A stretch of 35,508 bases of DNA from Fidelibacterota bacterium (GTDB lineage: Bacteria > Fidelibacterota > Marinisomatia > Marinisomatales > JABMOV01), in NCBI GenBank assembly GCA_046861395.1, contig JBHHUC010000020.1, forward strand, positions 1 to 35,508. The letters run 5' to 3'. The notes beneath the pieces were generated by a model. The model saw only the letters and a list, made by a program, of their open reading frames with translations, was not told the origin of the DNA and did not search any database. Numbering within the stretch: position 1 is the first letter of the stretch; every line of letters begins with the position of its first letter. Positions 30,753 to 35,508 of the stretch are shown piece by piece. A program made the translations under genes and the position numbers.

Positions 30753-32163
30753 TGTTGAACCCTTTCCGTTCCATTTGACCCCACCCTTTCACATTACGCA
30801 AAGCCGATATTAAGCCGTGAATTCGCCAGTAAATCGTCAACTGACGATAGCCAAAATTCTCCAGAACTGCCAGACCAAACAACTGAAATAAATCCCGTGT
30901 GCGGGGATAACGACGAAATGTCAACTCTTCCAGGGCCACCGATGATATGGACAGGGCAATGCCGAAAACAAAAGCCACTGAGAAAAAAGCGATCATGTAC
31001 ATGGGAGAAATCGTTCCCATGATCATAGCAATGACAAAGGTAATATAACCGGGAAATTCAATGGCCGGCCCCAACATTTCCAGAAAATAGAAATACGGGT
31101 AAGCCAGCATACCTATCCGGCCGTACGTAGGATTGAATAACATGTGTCGATGAGCCGTCAGCACTTCGTACAGTCCCCGTTGCCAGCGATCCCGTTGCCG
31201 ACCCAGAATCTTGACAGATTCGGGACATTCCGTCCAGGCCACCGGATCCGGAACAAAATTGACGGAATAGGTAATCTTTTTCTCGCGACAATGGCGATGG
31301 AGTTTCACAATCAATTCCATGTCTTCCCCCACCGTATCGGTATTGTATCCACCCACGGCCACAACCAGGGATCGTTTAAAGATACCGAAGGCACCGGAAA
31401 TAATCAGCGTTGCTTTCAGAGTGCTCCAGCCCATGCGTCCGGACAAAAAGGCACGCAAATATTCCAAAACCTGAAATTTAGCCAGGAAATTCTTCGGTAA
31501 CCGTACATCGGTAACTTCGCCGTGCTTGACAGTACAACCATTTACAATGCGGATGATGCCACCGGAAGCAATGGTGGTGGCCTCTTCCAGAAAAGGGCGA
31601 ACAATCCGCAGCAAGGAATCACTTTCCAGAATACTGTCGGCATCCATGGCGCAGAACAACGGCGTTTTACAATAATTCAACCCCGTATTCAGGGCATCGG
31701 CCTTACCCCCGTTTTCCTTGTCAATCAGCCATAAGTTCGGTTGATAGGCGGAACGATAGATTCCACGGACTTTCGCCGTGTCCAGGTGGGCGGACGGCGC
31801 CCGGGTAACGCGACTCATTTCGAAGGCCTCGATCATACGCTGCAAGGTATTATCCCGGGAACCGTCATTCACGACGATGACTTCATATTCGGGATAGCTC
31901 AAAGTAAGTAGAGCATGGGTGGATTCGACACAGGTCGGCTCTTCATTATAAGCCGGTGCTAGCAGGGTGACGGGCGGGGCTCCGGCGTCACGGATTAGGT
32001 CTTCCAGATTAATGGCCTTCAGGCGAAAGGCATAAGCTCGCAATGATTTATAGGCCACCACACTGGTCAGCAGATAAAAGAAATTGAGGACGACAAAATA
32101 GGTGAGGACTACTCCGTTAAAGGTTTCAATCACTATCTGGGTCAGACGGATAAATATGGTCAT
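30742..32163 (-). CDS. Processive glycosyltransferase family 2 (PgaC/IcaA/hyaluronan-synthase-like)
   Basis: PAYNEE, VNDGSRD, KENGGKADALN, DADS, SGAFG, VGEDMEL and QRDRW (D,D,D,QxxRW). N- and C-terminal TMs; no PilZ domain. Confidence 0.92.
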   Translation of the reverse strand: MTIFIRLTQIVIETFNGVVLTYFVVLNFFYLLTSVVAYKSLRAYAFRLKAINLEDLIRDAGAPPVTLLAPAYNEEPTCVESTHALLTLSYPEYEVIVVNDGSRDNTLQRMIEAFEMSRVTRAPSAHLDTAKVRGIYRSAYQPNLWLIDKENGGKADALNTGLNYCKTPLFCAMDADSILESDSLLRIVRPFLEEATTIASGGIIRIVNGCTVKHGEVTDVRLPKNFLAKFQVLEYLRAFLSGRMGWSTLKATLIISGAFGIFKRSLVVAVGGYNTDTVGEDMELIVKLHRHCREKKITYSVNFVPDPVAWTECPESVKILGRQRDRWQRGLYEVLTAHRHMLFNPTYGRIGMLAYPYFYFLEMLGPAIEFPGYITFVIAMIMGTISPMYMIAFFSVAFVFGIALSISSVALEELTFRRYPRTRDLFQLFGLAVLENFGYRQLTIYWRIHGLISALRNVKGWGQMERKGFNIES

Positions 32164-33251
32164 CCTTCATCCCCCTCGTGTAATACCTGGAGAGCCAATT
32201 CACGGCGTGGATGGTTTGAATCGGCAATGGCTTCCAGTAAACGTGTCATTCCCAGACTCTTCATGGCCGCTACAGCATGATGAGCCACCCAGTTCGATTC
32301 ATCGCCCATACCCAGCATTAACCGTGTTTCATCTTCCCGGGAGCCAATCGTGGCCAGGGCGGAAATGGCATGAGCCCGGACGATGAAATCCGGATGATCC
32401 ACCAGGGAAACGACCCGATCATGGAGATCGTGGGACCCCATTTTTTTTATATAGCGCAACGAGGCTGCCAGTAATTCCACATCTTCCGTGCTGGTAATCA
32501 CTTCCCCGGCAATCTCAATACCTTGTAAATCGGATAAATTATCCATGGCCGAAACACAGGCCACGCGGGTGCGGATGGTTTGGCTCTCGTCCTGGTAGGT
32601 CCGGCGTATATCAGGCAGTGCATCACGACCAAAACTGGTTAATAAGGAACTGAAATAATTCATGCTCCAGTTTTCGAACCGATCCAGGCGGGGGAGAATA
32701 AATTTAATGTATTCCGGATAATCCTGGCGGGCCAGGGACCGGGCGGCCACCATGGCGACCAGGGGGGACGGATCATCCAGACCTTTCACAATGGCATAGG
32801 AGAATTCATCAAAGCCCAGAACGCTGAGGGTCTGGATGGCTCGTGCCCGGCGTTCCGGGTCGCCGCCCACCGTCCGTTTTACAATGGCCGGTAACATGGG
32901 TCGGGCCAATTCTTCGATGATGGCCATTTCCTTGCCGGAAAAGCGTTCGGCAAACCGCATTAGATACTGGATGAAATACAATTGCTCTGATTTATGCACC
33001 GTTTTCAGCAATCGTTCCGGTTCCATATTTCCCGTGAGAATCTGGTTTATCAGACCGTTCCACTTCTTTTCCAGACGGCTCCACCGTTTATAGGCCGCCT
33101 GATTCCGGTAGCGCAGGTAAATCACCATCAGACCCAACAGCAAGGCAATGATCAACAGGATAAATACGAGTATAATGAGAACGATAAGGGTTATTTCGGT
33201 ACTTCCCCATTCCAGGGTATCGGGAAAGTATTGGTTAAGGAAATCAATCAT
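32160..33251 (-). CDS. Membrane-anchored HEAT-repeat protein
   Basis: Start reassigned to ATG 33251, overlapping the REC stop. One long TM, then repeats RARAIQTLSVL, LDDPSPLVAMVAARSLA, VDHPDFIVRAHAISALATIG and DESNWVAHHAVAAM. Confidence 0.85.
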   Translation of the reverse strand: MIDFLNQYFPDTLEWGSTEITLIVLIILVFILLIIALLLGLMVIYLRYRNQAAYKRWSRLEKKWNGLINQILTGNMEPERLLKTVHKSEQLYFIQYLMRFAERFSGKEMAIIEELARPMLPAIVKRTVGGDPERRARAIQTLSVLGFDEFSYAIVKGLDDPSPLVAMVAARSLARQDYPEYIKFILPRLDRFENWSMNYFSSLLTSFGRDALPDIRRTYQDESQTIRTRVACVSAMDNLSDLQGIEIAGEVITSTEDVELLAASLRYIKKMGSHDLHDRVVSLVDHPDFIVRAHAISALATIGSREDETRLMLGMGDESNWVAHHAVAAMKSLGMTRLLEAIADSNHPRRELALQVLHEGDEG

Positions 33252-33609
33252 GCAGAATATGAAAGACCTGATCGACAAATGAATCCAGGTCCAGCGGCTT
33301 CCGTATGACACCGGCTACGGACAAGGTCAGTAAATAGTCATGGAATTTTTCTGAAACCGAGGCCGTTATAAAAATGACTTGGGCGTTTTTCCCGGCCGGA
33401 ATACGGCGAATTTCTTCCAGTACATCATCCCCCTTATCATCTCCCAATTGATAATCCAGCAAAATGATATTGGGTTGAAAGGCGGACACCTGGTGCACAG
33501 CTTCCGCCCGGGTTCCTGCTTCCGCTACTTCCAGTCCCGGACGGGTTTCCAGCATCATCCGCGCCACCATTCGGATATCAGGGTCGTCATCAATCACTAA
33601 TAGTTTCAT
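33244..33609 (-). CDS. Single-domain response regulator (REC)
   Basis: LLVIDDDPD, ILLDYQL (phospho-Asp), FITA, IRKP. Confidence 0.92.
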   Translation of the reverse strand: MKLLVIDDDPDIRMVARMMLETRPGLEVAEAGTRAEAVHQVSAFQPNIILLDYQLGDDKGDDVLEEIRRIPAGKNAQVIFITASVSEKFHDYLLTLSVAGVIRKPLDLDSFVDQVFHILHD

Positions 33610-35449
33610 GTTTCCTCAACAGTCGATCCACGCGTGCTATTAATTCTGTGGCTGAAAACGGTTTGACGATATAATCATTGGCACCGCTGTTCAATCCCCG
33701 GGCGATATCCTTTTCTTTTCCAATGGACGTGAGCATAATAATGGGAATTTCATGAAAGGACGGTAATTCACGGAGGCGTTTCAATAGTTCAAAGCCATCC
33801 ATGCCCGGCATTTTTACATCGGATATTATCATCGTCGGGGTCATGTTCTTCAGGTTTTCATATCCGTCGATCCCGTTATCAAAGCGGATGACGGAATATC
33901 CTTCCTTTTCCAGCCGATGTTGGACAAATTCGGCAGTAATGTCATCATCATCTACAACGACGATTTGTTTTTCTTTTCGCTGGAAGGCATCACCTTCGAC
34001 CATGATTTTGTTCCGGCCGGCTTCCTTTGCTTTGTACAGCATATTGTCAGCCTGGGCAATGGCTGCCTGCATGGGGATAGATTGTTTAATGCCCGTAATA
34101 CCGCCGGAAATGGTAATGCGGATTTCAGTCCCATCCGTTGATTTATAGGGATTCTCGGCCAGAGATTTACGGATTTTATCCAGAGCCTGTTGGGCACCGC
34201 GGGCCGATGTTCCAGGGAATAACATTACAAATTCTTCGCCACCCCAGCGGGCGATAAAGTCTGTCTTACGCAGGGATCGCTTGATAAAATTGGCAGCATA
34301 GTGTAATACTTTGTCACCGATGATATGACCATATTGATCATTGACGTGTTTAAAATAATCAAAATCAACCATGCCCACTGCAAACTGGCTGATGGTACTG
34401 CGTTCCATTGCTGCCTGCGTTCGTAAATACTGCTCCTTAAACGCCACCCGGTTCGGTAATTCGGTCAGGAGGTCAAAGCGGGATTCCATCTGGTGTTTCT
34501 GAGACATGTTAAGCTGGGAGGAAATAGTCGCCAGCAGTAGGTCGGGATTCAGCGGTTTTTCAAAATAGGCATTGGCACCAAGCGCCAAACATTCTGTTTT
34601 GGTTTGGATATCATTTTTTGATGATAAAATAATGGCCGGTATATCCTGGGTTACGGCGTTACCGCGCAGTGCAATCAGAAAATCCCGGCCATCGGAATCC
34701 TCGAGGATTAAATCCAGAATTACCATGGATATTTTTTTCTGATCAATGATGCGTAATGCATCATCTGCCCGCTCAGTGTGAATGACTTCATAATTGGCCC
34801 GGTTCAGAACCGACTTCGCCAGCAAAGCATCCTCCGGTGTGTCCTCCACCAATAGAATGGGTAATTGCCGGTGTTTCACGGAGGTAAATAATTTAAAACT
34901 CACATCCAGCGGATAAACGGGACTGGCAAAATTCATTTCAATGCGCTGAGCCTGACCATTGTTGAAGACCGTGGAAGATGTATCGAAGGCTGCTGTCATA
35001 TCGGAAGTAAATTGCGTATCAACAATGATATTGCATACCGTTTTCGTGGCCTGGCGGCCTTGGGGATCACGGGCAACCATTTTTAACACATAATTTCCTT
35101 CATCCATACCGTCCGGAAGATGATAATATACCGGTAAATCATCTTGGCTGAAGACCTGGACCGGTTCTTGGATATGAACCACATCCTGGTCCGTTATCAA
35201 GCTGGTCAGCAACTGCATCAGGGCCGTTAAGGCTGCCGGGAGGTCCTTGTCTTCGGCTTCTTCCACCTTGGCGGCCAGAGCCGTCACTTCCGGAAATCCG
35301 AATGTACCCCCTGACCCGCGCAGGATATGTGCAATACGGCGAATCGATTTCAGCGACTCGGTCGGATTGTTCTTAAAGTTTTCCCGGGCGGCATTCAAAG
35401 CATCCAGCCGGGGCATTAATCCTTGAATAAAATGATGCCGTAGATTCAT
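33590..35449 (-). CDS. Hpt-(insert)-REC-GGDEF-REC diguanylate cyclase response regulator
   Basis: Hpt IAHILRGSGGTFGF; REC1 LLVED...ILDL...EKP; DLLTELPNR, DFDYFKHVND.YGH..GD, RKTD I-site and GGEEF; REC2 VVDDD...ISDVKMPGMDG...VKPF. Confidence 0.92.
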   Translation of the reverse strand: MNLRHHFIQGLMPRLDALNAARENFKNNPTESLKSIRRIAHILRGSGGTFGFPEVTALAAKVEEAEDKDLPAALTALMQLLTSLITDQDVVHIQEPVQVFSQDDLPVYYHLPDGMDEGNYVLKMVARDPQGRQATKTVCNIIVDTQFTSDMTAAFDTSSTVFNNGQAQRIEMNFASPVYPLDVSFKLFTSVKHRQLPILLVEDTPEDALLAKSVLNRANYEVIHTERADDALRIIDQKKISMVILDLILEDSDGRDFLIALRGNAVTQDIPAIILSSKNDIQTKTECLALGANAYFEKPLNPDLLLATISSQLNMSQKHQMESRFDLLTELPNRVAFKEQYLRTQAAMERSTISQFAVGMVDFDYFKHVNDQYGHIIGDKVLHYAANFIKRSLRKTDFIARWGGEEFVMLFPGTSARGAQQALDKIRKSLAENPYKSTDGTEIRITISGGITGIKQSIPMQAAIAQADNMLYKAKEAGRNKIMVEGDAFQRKEKQIVVVDDDDITAEFVQHRLEKEGYSVIRFDNGIDGYENLKNMTPTMIISDVKMPGMDGFELLKRLRELPSFHEIPIIMLTSIGKEKDIARGLNSGANDYIVKPFSATELIARVDRLLRKHETISD

Positions 35450-35508
35450 GCTTTACTCCGATGATTTAACAGGCCACCGAGTGTCCGCTTGAGAGTGTCC
35501 AAGAATTC
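35446..35508 (-). CDS. 3' end of an upstream gene coupled to the cyclase (possibly ending in a REC helix)
   Basis: Open frame EFLDTLKRTLGGLLNHRSKA*, whose TGA overlaps the cyclase ATG (ATGA). Confidence 0.5.
   Translation of the reverse strand, partial: EFLDTLKRTLGGLLNHRSKA

Noticed and set aside
33252..33311. Longer start of the HEAT protein (33311)
   Set aside because: It would overlap the REC gene by 68 nt. ATG 33251 gives an 8-nt coupled overlap.
35503..35508. Window ends in GAATTC (EcoRI site)
   Set aside because: The site occurs many times inside the window, so it is most likely chance, and it lies within an open coding frame.

Overview
Gene-dense bacterial chromosomal window with about 36 CDSs, many translationally coupled through ATGA-type overlaps. 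I saw no rRNA, tRNA, CRISPR array or mobile element. Gene content and signal-peptide style suggest a diderm FCB-superphylum organism, possibly Marinimicrobia-like (inference only). Left end (1-5190): a divergent cell-envelope locus. On the minus strand are an FlgT-N-like protein, an LPP20/FlgP-like protein, a TlpA thioredoxin, a CsgG/FlgO-like protein and a truncated secreted protein; on the plus strand is a TPR-SLH lipoprotein. Middle (5275-28234): mostly housekeeping genes, including PAP2 enzymes, a class V aminotransferase, ligA, a DUF4920/PepSY-TM pair, an ABC-2 exporter, dnaE, dtd, a B12-binding mutase subunit, an Xaa-Pro peptidase, menG/ubiE, a zincin-PD40-Omp85 protein and an LVIVD-like lipoprotein. 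Right end (28231-35508, minus strand): a tightly coupled operon of an Hpt-REC-GGDEF-REC cyclase, a single REC protein, a membrane HEAT-repeat protein, a processive GT2 synthase, a TPR-YaiO-like barrel and a membrane-anchored unknown protein. This looks like a phosphorelay/c-di-GMP-controlled, synthase-dependent exopolysaccharide system. Smaller signals include a perfect FNR-type box at class II spacing and a probable homopolymer frameshift in the gene it precedes. All family calls come from motif recognition by eye, not database searches.
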